A stretch of DNA of 42,689 nucleotides from a bacterium. Its GTDB lineage: Bacteria; Verrucomicrobiota; Verrucomicrobiia; Limisphaerales; J093. The position numbers and the translations under genes were made by a program. The notes beneath the pieces are model-generated. The model saw nothing but the letters and a program-made list of their open reading frames with translations. It searched no databases and had not been told where the DNA came from. Positions 18,441-28,804 of the stretch are shown here, piece after piece. The stretch's first letter is position 1, and each line of letters opens with the position of its first letter. The DNA lies in contig JAJXZJ010000003.1 of assembly GCA_021780105.1 (NCBI GenBank), forward strand, positions 1 through 42,689, read 5' to 3'.

Positions 18441-19034
18441 TCACCTCATTGCCTTCGCCAACGCGGTTGCTCCGGCACGGGTCGCCTGCGCGCAGGCCCC
18501 GCGCACGCGAGCCAGCCCCAGGCCGGTGCCCCGGAGCGCGACGGCGATGCACAGCGAGGTAACGACCCACACCGGCTGGGCGACGGCCAGAATGAACGGA
18601 ATATCCACGAAACCCTCGCGATCCATCCGGCCGGTGAAAATCGGGCTGGCAAGAACGGGCAGAAACGGCAACGCGAGCAAGCCCAGCGGAAACACGGCGG
18701 CTTGAGCAACGAAATACCAGCGCGTCAGCCGCGAGCAAACCGGACCGCAACCGAGCAGAATCCCCGCGCCAACGACCTGGGCCGTGAAAAGCACCCCTTC
18801 ATATACGTATTCGCCTTTGAGGAAGTCCGCCGGATGGAAGTTCCGAAGCATGATGAGGTAGTGCCCGACGTAAAGCGGGTCATTGAAGCCCATCGGATGC
18901 CCGGCGCTGTCCGTGGTGTCGTCCGGCGTCGCGCCAATGCCGAGCCGCAGAACGACGGCGGACGCGAAAACAATGAAGCTGGCCAGAACGAGCCAAGCCA
19001 GCCGGCGATTGAACCGGGCATCTTTATCGCTCAT
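18441..19034 (-). CDS. hypothetical integral membrane protein
   Basis: Internal start MSDKDARFNRRLAWLVLASFIVFASAVVL. Four or five predicted TM helices. No family recognised. Confidence 0.45.
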   Translation of the reverse strand: MSDKDARFNRRLAWLVLASFIVFASAVVLRLGIGATPDDTTDSAGHPMGFNDPLYVGHYLIMLRNFHPADFLKGEYVYEGVLFTAQVVGAGILLGCGPVCSRLTRWYFVAQAAVFPLGLLALPFLPVLASPIFTGRMDREGFVDIPFILAVAQPVWVVTSLCIAVALRGTGLGLARVRGACAQATRAGATALAKAMR

Positions 19035-19523
19035 AGCGGAAACCATACCGGATTCCGCCAAACTGGCAAAGGCATGCACTGCGCCTGCGGAGAAAACGGA
19101 CGATTGACGCCGCCTCAAGCAGTCACGAGCAATTCACGTCGGCGCGACTCCGCGGGCCGGTGAGAACTCATTCACAGCCTGTCAGATAACGGACGGAGTT
19201 TGTTTGCCACAGAGTCGCCGAGGCGCAGAGCGGAAAAGCCCAAACATGCATGATACGCGGGATTCCGAAGAAGCCAGGCATGATGCGGCGCTGCGCCAAA
19301 ACGGGAGTCCGATCGTCGCGCTATTTGACCGCGTGGAACTGGGCAAAAGCCCGTGGAAACATCCCGCCAAGCAAATCCAAAAACCGTTGACGGACCACCG
19401 CAGCTCAGCGACCGCCGCCGGAAACGCCCGGTTGGCTGCAAGAGTCGCTGACAGATTACCCGAACCGTCAACTGTCCGGCGGCGCGGCGGTTCGCGGCAG
19501 CGCCCCGGTTAGGTCGCCTCCAC

Positions 19524-19910
19524 TCAAAATCCGCCCGCCCAATAACTCTCTCTGGCCGTCGCGTATCGCAACTCGCCACGCACACCCTGCCGCCGGTCAC
19601 TCGTGGCCGATGTCCGGCAAAGGTCGCCGACATACAGAGCAACCCGAAATTCGCCTTTGCCGCCTTCACGCTTGAACTCATACGCCACATCTCTGGCCTG
19701 CAAGTTGATGGCGGCAGGAACGATGGCGCTAATGGAGTTGGTGACGCCGTCGGCGACATAGCTGCCCGAAAAACGCTGCCCATCAGGGCCGGAGACAACC
19801 AGTCGCACCGGGCGAGCCGCGCCAGATGATTTGGCAAACGTGTGGAGAATCACGAAAATGGCGGCCAGTCCCATCAACATGAATCCGATGATCATGCTTC
19901 GCTTTTTCAT
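19524..19910 (-). CDS. hypothetical membrane-anchored periplasmic protein immediately downstream of the RND pump
   Basis: MKKRSMIIGFMLMGLAAIFVILH is a TM anchor, followed by a soluble domain. 128 aa on the same strand as the efflux operon. Confidence 0.4.
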   Translation of the reverse strand: MKKRSMIIGFMLMGLAAIFVILHTFAKSSGAARPVRLVVSGPDGQRFSGSYVADGVTNSISAIVPAAINLQARDVAYEFKREGGKGEFRVALYVGDLCRTSATSDRRQGVRGELRYATARESYWAGGF

Positions 19911-20113
19911 AGTGTGAACCTCTCTGTGCCGCACGCGCAGCTCCCCAACGATCCAACGACTTTGAGCTTTAACGGCCGCCGGCCGGGCGTGGTCTGCTTT
20001 ACAGGAACCACTCTTCTGTATTGCCCTTGCCGGGTCAAGCCTGCAGGAATCGTTGCAGCCCACGCCTGGACATCCGGTTGGCCCGTTGGTCCGAACGCGC
20101 CACCTGCTGCCGG

Positions 20114-23100
20114 TCAGGCAGCCGTGACCGGGCGGAGTCCGCGCGCGGCCCGGCGGTTTTTCCGCCAGCGGGTGAAGCGTTGCTGCAACGCGTCCATGTA
20201 GAGATAGAAGACTGGCGTCAGGTAGAGCGTGATGAGCTGGGACGTGAGCAGGCCACCCACCGTGATGAGACCCAACTGGCGGCGTGCCCAGCCGCTGGTG
20301 CCCAAGGCAATGGGCAGCGCCGCCATCAGCGCCGCCATCGTGGTCATCATGATCGGACGGAAGCGGACGACGCAGCCGCCGAAGATGGCCTCGACGGGGG
20401 ACTTGCCTTCGTGACGCTGGGCTTCGAGGGCGAAGTCAATCTGCATGATGGCGTTCTTCTTCACGATGCCGATGAGCAGGATGAGACCGACGATGGAATA
20501 GACGTTCAGGTCGTTCTTGAACAGCACCACAGTGAGCAGCGCGCCGAGGCCGGCGGACGGCAGGCCGGAAAGAATCGTGATGGGGTGGACGAAGCTTTCG
20601 TAAAGAATGCCGAGGACGATGTAGATGAAGACGATGGAGAGCAGCAGCAACAGACCGAGGCCGGCCAGGGAGGATTGAAAGGCCTGCGCCGTGCCCTGGA
20701 AACTGGTGGTGATGCCCGACGGCAGGGTGGCTTGCGCCGCCGCCTCCACCTGTTCGACCGCATCGCCCAGCGAGACGCCGGGACGGAGGTTGAACGAGAT
20801 GGTCACCGCGGGAAGCTGGCCCAGGTGGCTGATGATTTGGGGGCCGACGCCCTGGGTGAGGGTGCCGACGGAGTCGAGGCGGACCAACTGGCCGGAGGCG
20901 GATTTCACGTAGAGTTTCGCGATGCCTTCCGGATGCGCGATGTAATTCGACCCGAGTTCGAGCATCACCTTGTATTGGTCGTTCGGCGCGTAGATGGTGG
21001 AAATCCAGCGCGGGCCATAGCCATCGGCCAGCGCGCTTTCAATCTGGTTCGCGGTCACGCCGAGCGCGGAGGCGCGGTCGCGGTTGATATCGAAGGTGAC
21101 CTGCGGCGTCTTGATTTGCAGGTCGCTGGTCACGTCCTGGAGGAAGTTGGTGAGCGTGTTCAACCGGGCTTCGAGCAGAGGCGCCGCGGCATAGAGCTGG
21201 TCGAGGTCCGGGCTTTGCAGCGCGAGCTGGTAAAGGCTCTTGCTCATCATGCCACCGATGCGGATGGACGGCGGATTTTGCATGAAGACGGAAATGCCCG
21301 GAATGGTGGCAAACTTGCGCCGCAGTTCCTGGATCACCCCGTAAACGTCGAGCTTCCGTTCGGCCGGCGGTTTCAAGTGCAGGAACATGCGGCCGTAATT
21401 CTGCCCGCTGACGCTGGAAGCCCCGCCGCCGCCGGCGCTGGAGAAGAAGACCTCGACGTTTGGGTCCGTGCGGGCGATCTGGACGACCGCTTCCTGGCGT
21501 TTGAGCAGTTCCGGATAGGCCGTGCCCTGCGGCGTCTCGGTGACCGTGAAAACCTGGCTGGTGTCCTCGTCGGGCAGGAAACCTTTCGGGACCTTGACGA
21601 ACAGCCAGCCAATCGCAACGAGAATGCCCAGGTTGGCCAGCATCACGAGCCGGCGGTGCGCCAACACCCAGTGCAGCGTGATTTTGTAAACGTTCAGCAT
21701 CGCGTCGAAGACTCGTTCCGACGCGCGGAACAGGCGGCCATGCTGCTCGGCGCCGTGCGGCCGGAGGAATTTGCTGCACAGCATCGGCGTGAGGGTCAGC
21801 GACACCATGCCGGAGATCAGCACGGAGGAGCAAATGGTGACGGAAAACTCGCGGAACAGCCGGCCGACGATGCCGCCCATGAACAACAGCGGGATGAACA
21901 CGGCGGCCAGCGACAGGGTCATGGAGAGGATCGTGAAGCCGATCTGCCGGGCGCCCTTGAGGGCGGCCTCGAACGGCGGCTCGCCCATTTCCATGTGCCG
22001 GACGATGTTCTCCAGCATCACGATGGCGTCATCCACCACGAAGCCGATGGAGAGCGTGAGCGCGAGGAGCGAGAGGTTGTCCAGCGAATAGCCCAGCAGA
22101 TACATGAAGGCAAACGTGCCCACCACGCTCAACGGCAGCGCGAGGCTGGGAATCACCGTGGCCGAGACGTTCCGCAGGAACAGAAAGATGACCATGATCA
22201 CCAGCGCCAGGCTGAGCAAAAGCGTGAACTCGACGTCGCGCAGCGACTGGCGGATCGTCGCCGACCGGTCATAAACGATGTGCAACTCCACGGACGGCGG
22301 CAGGTAAGACTGAAACGTGGGGAGCAGCTCCCGGATCGCGTCGCACACCGCCACGGTGTTGGCGCCGGGCTGGCGTTGCACGGCCAGGATGAGGGAACGG
22401 CTGTGATGCTGGGCGTCGTTGAACCACGCGCCCGTCCGCTCGTCCTCCACGCTGTCCACGACGTCGGCCACGTCGCGCAGCCGGACCGGCGCGCCGTTGC
22501 GGTAGGCCAGGATGATGTCGCCGTAGTTCTTCGCTTGGAGAAGCTGGCCGGAGGCGAGGATGGTGAAGGAGCGCTCCTTGCCGTAAATCGTGCCGACCGG
22601 CAGGTTGACGTTGGCGTTCTGGATCGCGCTTTCCACCTGATCAATGCCGATACCGCGGCTGGCCAGCGCATCGGGGTTCACTTTCACATGCACGGCGTAG
22701 TGCTGGCTGCCGAACACGGACACCTGCGCGACGCCGTTCACCATCGAAATGCGCTGGGCCATCATCACCTCGCCGTAATTGTCCAAATCCCACATCGGCA
22801 GCGTGGCGGAGGTGAGCGCGATGTAGATGATCGGCGCGTCGGCGGGGTTGACCTTGCGGTAAACCGGCGGCTGCGGCATCCCCGGCGGCAGCAGCGGCGT
22901 GGCCTGCGCGATGGCGGCCTCGATGTCCGGCGGCACGTCGGTGATCTTGCGGCGCAGGTTGAACTGAAGCGTGATGGAGCACGAGCCGAGCGCGCTCACC
23001 GAGGTCATCGAGTCCAGGCCGTCAATCGTGGAAAACTGCCGCTCCAGCGGCGTGGCCACGGCCGAGGCCATGGTTTCCGGATTCGCGCCCGGCAGGCTGG

Positions 23101-23245
23101 CGGACACCACGATGGTCGGAAAATCCACGTTCGGCAGGTCGCTCACCGGCAGCGAGCGATACGCCATGAGGCCGAACAGCATGATGCCCAGCATGACCAG
23201 CGTGGTCGCCACGGGACGGCGGATGAATGGCTCCGAGATGCTCAT
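20114..23245 (-). CDS. efflux RND transporter permease subunit (HAE1/AcrB family)
   Basis: Start MSISEPFIRRPVATTLVMLGIMLFGLMAYRSLPVSDLPNVDFPTIVVSASLPGANPETMA, a canonical AcrB N-terminus. About 1043 aa with 12 TM helices. Confidence 0.9.
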   Translation of the reverse strand: MSISEPFIRRPVATTLVMLGIMLFGLMAYRSLPVSDLPNVDFPTIVVSASLPGANPETMASAVATPLERQFSTIDGLDSMTSVSALGSCSITLQFNLRRKITDVPPDIEAAIAQATPLLPPGMPQPPVYRKVNPADAPIIYIALTSATLPMWDLDNYGEVMMAQRISMVNGVAQVSVFGSQHYAVHVKVNPDALASRGIGIDQVESAIQNANVNLPVGTIYGKERSFTILASGQLLQAKNYGDIILAYRNGAPVRLRDVADVVDSVEDERTGAWFNDAQHHSRSLILAVQRQPGANTVAVCDAIRELLPTFQSYLPPSVELHIVYDRSATIRQSLRDVEFTLLLSLALVIMVIFLFLRNVSATVIPSLALPLSVVGTFAFMYLLGYSLDNLSLLALTLSIGFVVDDAIVMLENIVRHMEMGEPPFEAALKGARQIGFTILSMTLSLAAVFIPLLFMGGIVGRLFREFSVTICSSVLISGMVSLTLTPMLCSKFLRPHGAEQHGRLFRASERVFDAMLNVYKITLHWVLAHRRLVMLANLGILVAIGWLFVKVPKGFLPDEDTSQVFTVTETPQGTAYPELLKRQEAVVQIARTDPNVEVFFSSAGGGGASSVSGQNYGRMFLHLKPPAERKLDVYGVIQELRRKFATIPGISVFMQNPPSIRIGGMMSKSLYQLALQSPDLDQLYAAAPLLEARLNTLTNFLQDVTSDLQIKTPQVTFDINRDRASALGVTANQIESALADGYGPRWISTIYAPNDQYKVMLELGSNYIAHPEGIAKLYVKSASGQLVRLDSVGTLTQGVGPQIISHLGQLPAVTISFNLRPGVSLGDAVEQVEAAAQATLPSGITTSFQGTAQAFQSSLAGLGLLLLLSIVFIYIVLGILYESFVHPITILSGLPSAGLGALLTVVLFKNDLNVYSIVGLILLIGIVKKNAIMQIDFALEAQRHEGKSPVEAIFGGCVVRFRPIMMTTMAALMAALPIALGTSGWARRQLGLITVGGLLTSQLITLYLTPVFYLYMDALQQRFTRWRKNRRAARGLRPVTAA

Positions 23246-23279
23246 GGAAGGCGTTTCCTTTCGGGCGGATCGCGCAGCG

Positions 23280-24440
23280 TCAGGCGCCCGGGTCCACACC
23301 GGCCGTGACGATTTTCACCTTCGAACCGGCGACAAGCCGGAGCTGGCCGCTGGTGACAATGCGCTCGCCCGGCTGCAACCCGTGCCGGATCACGGTGGCG
23401 TCGCCGAACGTGCCGCCCAGTTCCACCGGCCGGATTTCCACCGTGTTGTCCGCCTTGACGACGCACACGTGCTGGCCGGTCTGGCCGAGTTGGATCGCCG
23501 CCGAGGGCACGGTCACGGCGGCGTGCTCGATCGAGAGCGTGACCACCACGTTCACGAACTGCCCCGGCCAGAGCCATTCGTCCGCGTTGGGAAACTCCGC
23601 GCGCAGCAGGATGGTGCCGGTGTTCGTGTCCACCTGGTTGTTGATCACGATCAGCGTGCCTTCGGCCCGATGCGACTCCTGGCCCGGAATGCTGGCCTCC
23701 ACCTTCAACGGCCCTGCCCGTTGACGCTCCCGCAACACCGGCAGATTCTGCTCCGGAACGGAGAAATCCACGTAAATCGGCCGGACCTGGTTGATCACCG
23801 CCAGCACCGAGGTCAGGTCCTTGACGATGTTGCCCTCGTTGACCAGCAGCGTGCCCACCCGGCCCGTGATGGGTGCCGCGATGTAGCAGTAACTGAGCTG
23901 CACCTCGGCGTTGGTGACGGCGGCCTGGTCGGCCACGATCGTGGCCTTGAGCGCGTCCATGTTTGCGCGGGTCTGGTCGAAATCCGCCTGCGCCAGGATG
24001 CGGTTCGTGAGCAACTCCGCGGCGCGCCGGAACTCCGCCTGGGCGTTCTCCAACTGGGCCTGATCGCGCAGGACGTTCGCCCGCGCCTGGTCCAGCGCGG
24101 CTTGAAACGGCTTCGGATCAATCAGGAAAATCAAGTCGCCGGCATGAACCTCGTCGCCCTGCTTGAAGCCCACCTGCTGCAACAGGCCCTTGTTCTCGCT
24201 CATCACCGAGACGGTCGAGTAGGCGCGGACGCTGCCAATGCCCGAAATCTGGACCGGCACGTCCTGGCGGACGACGTTCGTCACCGTCACGGGCGCGACC
24301 GCATTCATCTGATCCTGTCCGGCGCCTGGCGCGTTGGCTGATGGCGAGCAGCCGCTGAACAAGAGCGCCCCGGCGCCCAAAACCCCGAGCGCGCCAGCCA
24401 GCCAGCCGGCCGGGAACGCTTGTTGCCATTTCATCCTCAT
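23280..24440 (-). CDS. efflux RND transporter periplasmic adaptor subunit (membrane fusion protein)
   Basis: Signal/lipo N-terminus. VTVTNVVRQDVPVQISGIGSVRA...GDLIFLIDPKPFQAALDQARANV are HlyD/AcrA-type beta-barrel, lipoyl and coiled-coil motifs. Confidence 0.85.
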   Translation of the reverse strand: MRMKWQQAFPAGWLAGALGVLGAGALLFSGCSPSANAPGAGQDQMNAVAPVTVTNVVRQDVPVQISGIGSVRAYSTVSVMSENKGLLQQVGFKQGDEVHAGDLIFLIDPKPFQAALDQARANVLRDQAQLENAQAEFRRAAELLTNRILAQADFDQTRANMDALKATIVADQAAVTNAEVQLSYCYIAAPITGRVGTLLVNEGNIVKDLTSVLAVINQVRPIYVDFSVPEQNLPVLRERQRAGPLKVEASIPGQESHRAEGTLIVINNQVDTNTGTILLRAEFPNADEWLWPGQFVNVVVTLSIEHAAVTVPSAAIQLGQTGQHVCVVKADNTVEIRPVELGGTFGDATVIRHGLQPGERIVTSGQLRLVAGSKVKIVTAGVDPGA

Positions 24441-24455
24441 ACTGGTTGCTCCACT

Positions 24456-25121
24456 TCAATGCTTCGCCTGGGCCGGGCCGGACACGGCCACCCTGCCTTC
24501 CGGACCGGCGCCCGCGCCGTGCGCGAACAAATCCACCACAAATTCCGCGTGGGCGGCAAATTTTTGCCCGCGCAAATGGCTCAACTCGTCCCGCGCCAGT
24601 TGGTTGACCATGCCCAGCAACGCCAGCGCCAGCCGGCGGGCGTCGCCGCGGCGGATGACCCCCTGCCGCTGCCCGCGCACGATGAAATCCGCCATCAGCC
24701 GGGTGTGCCGCCCGGCCGCCCGCGCCACGCGCTCCCAATTGCGCCGCTGGAGACGCGCCTTCATTTCGAGCCGCTCGCGGACAAATGTTTGAAAGAAGGT
24801 CCGGTTCCGCTCGTAAAACCCCAGTTGCGCCCGCACCGCCCGGCCAAGCACCGCCCACGGCGCGGAGTCGCCTCCTTCCGCCGTTTTCACCTCACGGCTC
24901 AACTCCAGCATCTTTTCCTCGAGCAGCGCGACGTAAAGTTCCTCCTTGTTCTGGAAATAGAGGTAGAGCGTCCCGGTCGCCGCGCCGGCCGCGCGGGCGA
25001 TGTCGGCCATCGAGGCGTCGTGGTAGCCGCGCACGCCGAACACGCCGGCCGCGGCCGCCAGGAAAGCCAGGCGCCGCTCGGCCCGTGGGCGCGTCTGGCG
25101 CCGGGATGAACCGGGATTCAT
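24456..25121 (-). CDS. TetR/AcrR family transcriptional regulator
   Basis: AFLAAAAGVFGVRGYHDASMADIARAAGAATGTLYLYFQNKEELY is a TetR HTH. It ends 15 bp upstream of the MFP gene on the same strand. Confidence 0.8.
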   Translation of the reverse strand: MNPGSSRRQTRPRAERRLAFLAAAAGVFGVRGYHDASMADIARAAGAATGTLYLYFQNKEELYVALLEEKMLELSREVKTAEGGDSAPWAVLGRAVRAQLGFYERNRTFFQTFVRERLEMKARLQRRNWERVARAAGRHTRLMADFIVRGQRQGVIRRGDARRLALALLGMVNQLARDELSHLRGQKFAAHAEFVVDLFAHGAGAGPEGRVAVSGPAQAKH

Positions 25122-25219
25122 TTTCTTGAATCCTAATGTGCGCGCCCCCGCCGTCAATACGCATTCATCACCCGCCCGCCGTCTTGCGCCTGGCCACCGC
25201 TGATCCTAAAATCGCCGGC

Positions 25220-26032
25220 ATGGACGATTTTCCCGGACGCATTGCCGACCGGCTCGAAGCCCTCCGCGCCCGCCCGCCGATGGTGCATAACATCACGAAC
25301 TTCGTGGTGATGAACTTCACCGCCAACGCGCTGCTCGCCCTCGGCGCCGCGCCGGTCATGGCGCACGCGCCGGAAGAGGTCGAGGAAATGGCCGCGCTGG
25401 CCGGCGCGCTGGTGCTGAACCTGGGCACGCTCGCGACGCCGTGGATCGAGGCGATGTTCCGCGCCGCGGGCGCCGCGAACACGCGCGGCGTGCCGGTGAT
25501 TCTTGATCCCGTGGGCGCCGGGGCAACGCGCTTCCGGACGGACACCGCGCGCCGGATGCTGACCGCGCTCAAATTCGCCGCCGTGCGCGGCAATGCCTCC
25601 GAAATCCTCGCCCTGGCCGGCCGGCCCAGCCGCACGCGCGGCGTGGATTCGGCGGACGACGCCCGCGACACCCGCGCCGTGGCCGTCGAACTGGCGCGGC
25701 AGATTCACGGCGTGGTGGCGGTGACCGGCGCGGAGGATTTTGTGACGGATGGCACGCGCGCCGCCGTGATTGCCAACGGCCATCCGCTGATGGCACGCGT
25801 CACCGGCACCGGCTGCGTGGCGACGGCGCTGACCGGAGCATTTTGCGCCGTGGAGCCGGACGCCTTTGTCGCCGCGTGCGCGGCGCTGGTCGTGTGGGGC
25901 GTGGCGGGCGAGCTGGCGGCGGAGCAGCATTCCACGCCCGGCGCGTATCAAATCGGCCTGCTCGACGCGCTGTTCCGGATTGACCGTGCCACGCTGCGGG
26001 AGCGCGCGCGGGTCAGCGTGGTTCCGACTTAG
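25220..26032 (+). CDS. thiM: hydroxyethylthiazole kinase
   Basis: Internal start [71 protein letters not shown] is a characteristic ThiM N-terminus. ...VTGTGC is the catalytic Cys region. Confidence 0.8.
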   Translation: MDDFPGRIADRLEALRARPPMVHNITNFVVMNFTANALLALGAAPVMAHAPEEVEEMAALAGALVLNLGTLATPWIEAMFRAAGAANTRGVPVILDPVGAGATRFRTDTARRMLTALKFAAVRGNASEILALAGRPSRTRGVDSADDARDTRAVAVELARQIHGVVAVTGAEDFVTDGTRAAVIANGHPLMARVTGTGCVATALTGAFCAVEPDAFVAACAALVVWGVAGELAAEQHSTPGAYQIGLLDALFRIDRATLRERARVSVVPT

Positions 26033-26033
26033 C

Positions 26034-26807
26034 TCACGATTTGGCGGCGCGCGGAATCACGGGCGGCGCCGGGGGCGGTTTGACGTTCAACCGCGCCGCT
26101 TGCGGCAACAGCGCTTCCGCCGCTTTCGCCGCAAGGTCGCCAATCTTGGTCTCGGGGAATTTCATCTCGCCGAGGTTGAAGCTGGCCAGTGATTTGAGGG
26201 CATCCGCGGTTTGCCCGGCGGCTTGCGCAATTTCGCTCAGCCGGCCGGCTTTTGCCGGCAAGGATTGATACCCGTTGACGATCCATTCCAGCTTGCCGGT
26301 CGCGATGTCCATGACAAACCCCTGCACCGGAATGTTGGCGCCGATCAACGGGCTGTGGCGGACGATCTCGCAGGCCTTGACGACATTCTGCCGTTCGCTG
26401 GCGAACATGCCGAAGAACTCGTTGAGGTTCTCCGGCAGCAAATGCCGCTCCACGCCCAGCTCCTTCAATTTCTCGAGCAGCACCATCGTGGTGGTCTTGC
26501 ACACCTGGCAATCCGTGTGGCCGAGGATGACAATCTCCCGGCCGCCCTTGACCGCGCACGCCAGCGCGAGGGACCGCATCGTGCTGGAGAGCGGCCCGGT
26601 GATGATGTTGCCCGCGTTGCGCAGCCAGATGAACTGGTCGCCCGGTAAATCGAGCGCCTGGGGCAACAGCGCGTTCAGCCGGGGATCAACGCAGGTCAAC
26701 GCGATGACCGGGAGTTCGCCGGCGTAATCCTCCAGCCGGAGGCCGGCCGACTTGTCGCCCGCCACCGCGCGGTGGTTGGCATCCATGATCGCTTCAAAAA
26801 GACGCAT
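26034..26807 (-). CDS. beta-class carbonic anhydrase-like protein
   Basis: The C-x-D-x-R motif (LTCVDPRL) and the HTDC motif (ILGHTDCQVC) are both present. The track start is a TTG; the first in-frame ATG is used here. Confidence 0.65.
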   Translation of the reverse strand: MRLFEAIMDANHRAVAGDKSAGLRLEDYAGELPVIALTCVDPRLNALLPQALDLPGDQFIWLRNAGNIITGPLSSTMRSLALACAVKGGREIVILGHTDCQVCKTTTMVLLEKLKELGVERHLLPENLNEFFGMFASERQNVVKACEIVRHSPLIGANIPVQGFVMDIATGKLEWIVNGYQSLPAKAGRLSEIAQAAGQTADALKSLASFNLGEMKFPETKIGDLAAKAAEALLPQAARLNVKPPPAPPVIPRAAKS

Positions 26808-27012
26808 GATGTCCAATCAACCACGTCTTGCGGGTTGTTCAACCCCTCCAGACCAAGTTCCTGAAAACGGTCAATGCACTCGCCGCTGTATGGTTCGGCA
26901 CCTCCGTGCGCGTTGGGCCTTGCGATCGGTGACCTTTCAACGTCGAGAATGATTTCTGCGACACGCCTGATTCCGGCCACTGCTTGATAGAATTCGCGGA
27001 AGGCGGGCACGT

Positions 27013-27222
27013 TTACGGCGGGAGGAACCAGTGAATGTAACCGCACTTGGCGCACACGTAACACACGCCCGATCGGTTGGCCCAGTCGAAGTGGAAGAAC
27101 GTCGCCGTGGCGGTGTTCAACTGGGCCTCACGTTTCCAGAACGCATCATGCCCGCACACAAGACACTTGAGCTCGCGCCCTTGAATCTCGACGCCGATGG
27201 ATTCGGATTTGAAGAGGCCCAT
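27013..27222 (-). CDS. small zinc-ribbon protein (two CxxC pairs)
   Basis: 69 aa: ...ELKCLVCGHDAF...CYVCAKCGYIHWF. Distal gene of the NfeD-flotillin operon (13 bp downstream of flotillin). Confidence 0.45.
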   Translation of the reverse strand: MGLFKSESIGVEIQGRELKCLVCGHDAFWKREAQLNTATATFFHFDWANRSGVCYVCAKCGYIHWFLPP

Positions 27223-27235
27223 AGCGAGACCTGGC

Positions 27236-28771
27236 TTATTTGCTTTCCTCCGAGTTGCTCTTCCCCATCGCCTTCTTCAGCGCCGGCACTTGTTCGAGGA
27301 GCTTCTCGAACTTGATGCCGGTGAGGCTTTCGATCACCGGCGGCAACTGGCTGATGATTTGCGTCACGTCGCCGGTGAGTTTGCTCGCGCCGCCGCCGGG
27401 GCCGTTGCCCGCGTTGATGATGACCATCTTCTCGGTCTTGGCGAGCGGTTCGCTGATCTTGCCCGCAACTTCCGGCAGCACGCGCACGATCATTTCGATG
27501 ACGGCGGCCTCGTTGTATTGCTTGAAGCTTTCCGCCTTCACGCGCATCGCCTCGGCGGTGGCCTTGCCTTGGGCCTCAATGACGGCGGCTTCGGCCAGAC
27601 CGCGCGCCTTGTTCGCCTCGGCTTCGGCGAGGCCCGTGGCCTTGGCGACATCGGCGCCCGCAAAACCGGTCGCCTTCGTGGCGGACGCGGCGCCGCTGGC
27701 TTCGGTTTCGAGCTGGAATTTCTTCGCGTTGGCCAGCGTTTCGACCTTGTAGCGTTCGGCGTCGGCGGGTTTTTGGACATTGGCTTCCAGTTCGCGCTGT
27801 TTGCGCTGGATTTCCTGCTGCTGCAACTCGATTTGCTTCTGTTTCTCGATGATTTGCACCTGCACTTCCTCGGCCTTGACGAGCTGGCCGGTTTTGAACT
27901 TCTGCAAGTCGTAGGCGAGGTCGGCCTCGGCCTTCTTCTGGTTCACCGTGGCCTGATAACCGGCGACGTTGGTCTGATAGTCGCGCTGGGCCTCGGCAAT
28001 CTTCGAGTCGGCGGCAAATTGCGCTTCCTGCCCGGCCTGCTTGGCCTGCGCGGAACGGATCTGCGCATCGCGATCCGCCTCGGCCTGGGCGATGATGGCG
28101 TCGCGCTTGACCTGGGCGATGCGCGGTTTGCCGAGGGCGTCGAGGTAACCCTGGCCGTCACGGATGTCGCGGATGGTGAAGCTGACAATCCCGAGGCCCA
28201 TGTTGCCCATGTCGCCGGCGGCGACTTCCTGGACCTTCGAGGCGAAGGCGTCGCGGTTCTGGTAGATCTCCTCGACGGTCATGGTGCCGAGAATGGCGCG
28301 CAGATGGCCTTCGAGCGTCTGCATGGCGATGCTCTTGATCTCGGTGGTGCCCTTGCTGAGAAACTGCTCGGCGGCGGTGGCAATCGAGATGTCGTCGCCC
28401 TTGACCTTGATCTGCGCCACGCCGTCCACCTTCACCGGCACGCCCTTGCTCGTGTAAACCTCCGGCGTCTGGACATCAATCGTCAGCAGCTCCAGCGACA
28501 GGATGTCCACCTTTTCGACGATCGGGTAAACGAACGTGCCGCCGCCCTTGACGACGCGGAAGCCGCGGGTGCGCGCCGTGCCGTCCGGATCGGCAAACTG
28601 GTGACGGCGGCCGGAAACCACGAGCACCTGGTTCGGGCCGACCTTCGTGTAGCGGCTGAGGATCATCCACAGCAGGAGAAAAATGCCGGTGCCGAGGGCG
28701 ATCACGACCAGCGGAATCCAGCCGCCGCCGCTGAACAACGCGAACATTACGGGAATGGTTTGGGTCAACAT
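27236..28771 (-). CDS. flotillin family protein (SPFH/band-7 domain with long Ala/Glu/Gln-rich coiled coil)
   Basis: N-terminal TM segment, an SPFH domain (VGPNQVLVVSGRR...FVYPIVEKVDILSLELLTIDV) and an EA-repeat coiled coil. 511 aa. Confidence 0.85.
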   Translation of the reverse strand: MLTQTIPVMFALFSGGGWIPLVVIALGTGIFLLLWMILSRYTKVGPNQVLVVSGRRHQFADPDGTARTRGFRVVKGGGTFVYPIVEKVDILSLELLTIDVQTPEVYTSKGVPVKVDGVAQIKVKGDDISIATAAEQFLSKGTTEIKSIAMQTLEGHLRAILGTMTVEEIYQNRDAFASKVQEVAAGDMGNMGLGIVSFTIRDIRDGQGYLDALGKPRIAQVKRDAIIAQAEADRDAQIRSAQAKQAGQEAQFAADSKIAEAQRDYQTNVAGYQATVNQKKAEADLAYDLQKFKTGQLVKAEEVQVQIIEKQKQIELQQQEIQRKQRELEANVQKPADAERYKVETLANAKKFQLETEASGAASATKATGFAGADVAKATGLAEAEANKARGLAEAAVIEAQGKATAEAMRVKAESFKQYNEAAVIEMIVRVLPEVAGKISEPLAKTEKMVIINAGNGPGGGASKLTGDVTQIISQLPPVIESLTGIKFEKLLEQVPALKKAMGKSNSEESK

Positions 28772-28804
28772 GAACTTCCTGGGTTTGAATCTTGGCGCGA
28801 ACGA

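Noticed and set aside
20021-23308. 1095-aa ORF on the + strand
   Set aside because: It is the exact antisense of the RND permease gene. The composition (Arg/Gly/Asp/His runs, no motifs) is typical of stop-free mirror frames in high-GC DNA.
22971-24341. 456-aa + strand ORF
   Set aside because: Antisense to the RND adaptor gene and to the 5' end of the permease.
25122-25219. TetR operator palindrome in the TetR/thiM divergent spacer
   Set aside because: tcaatacgcattca looks roughly dyad-like, but the two arms do not match as reverse complements, so no operator is called.
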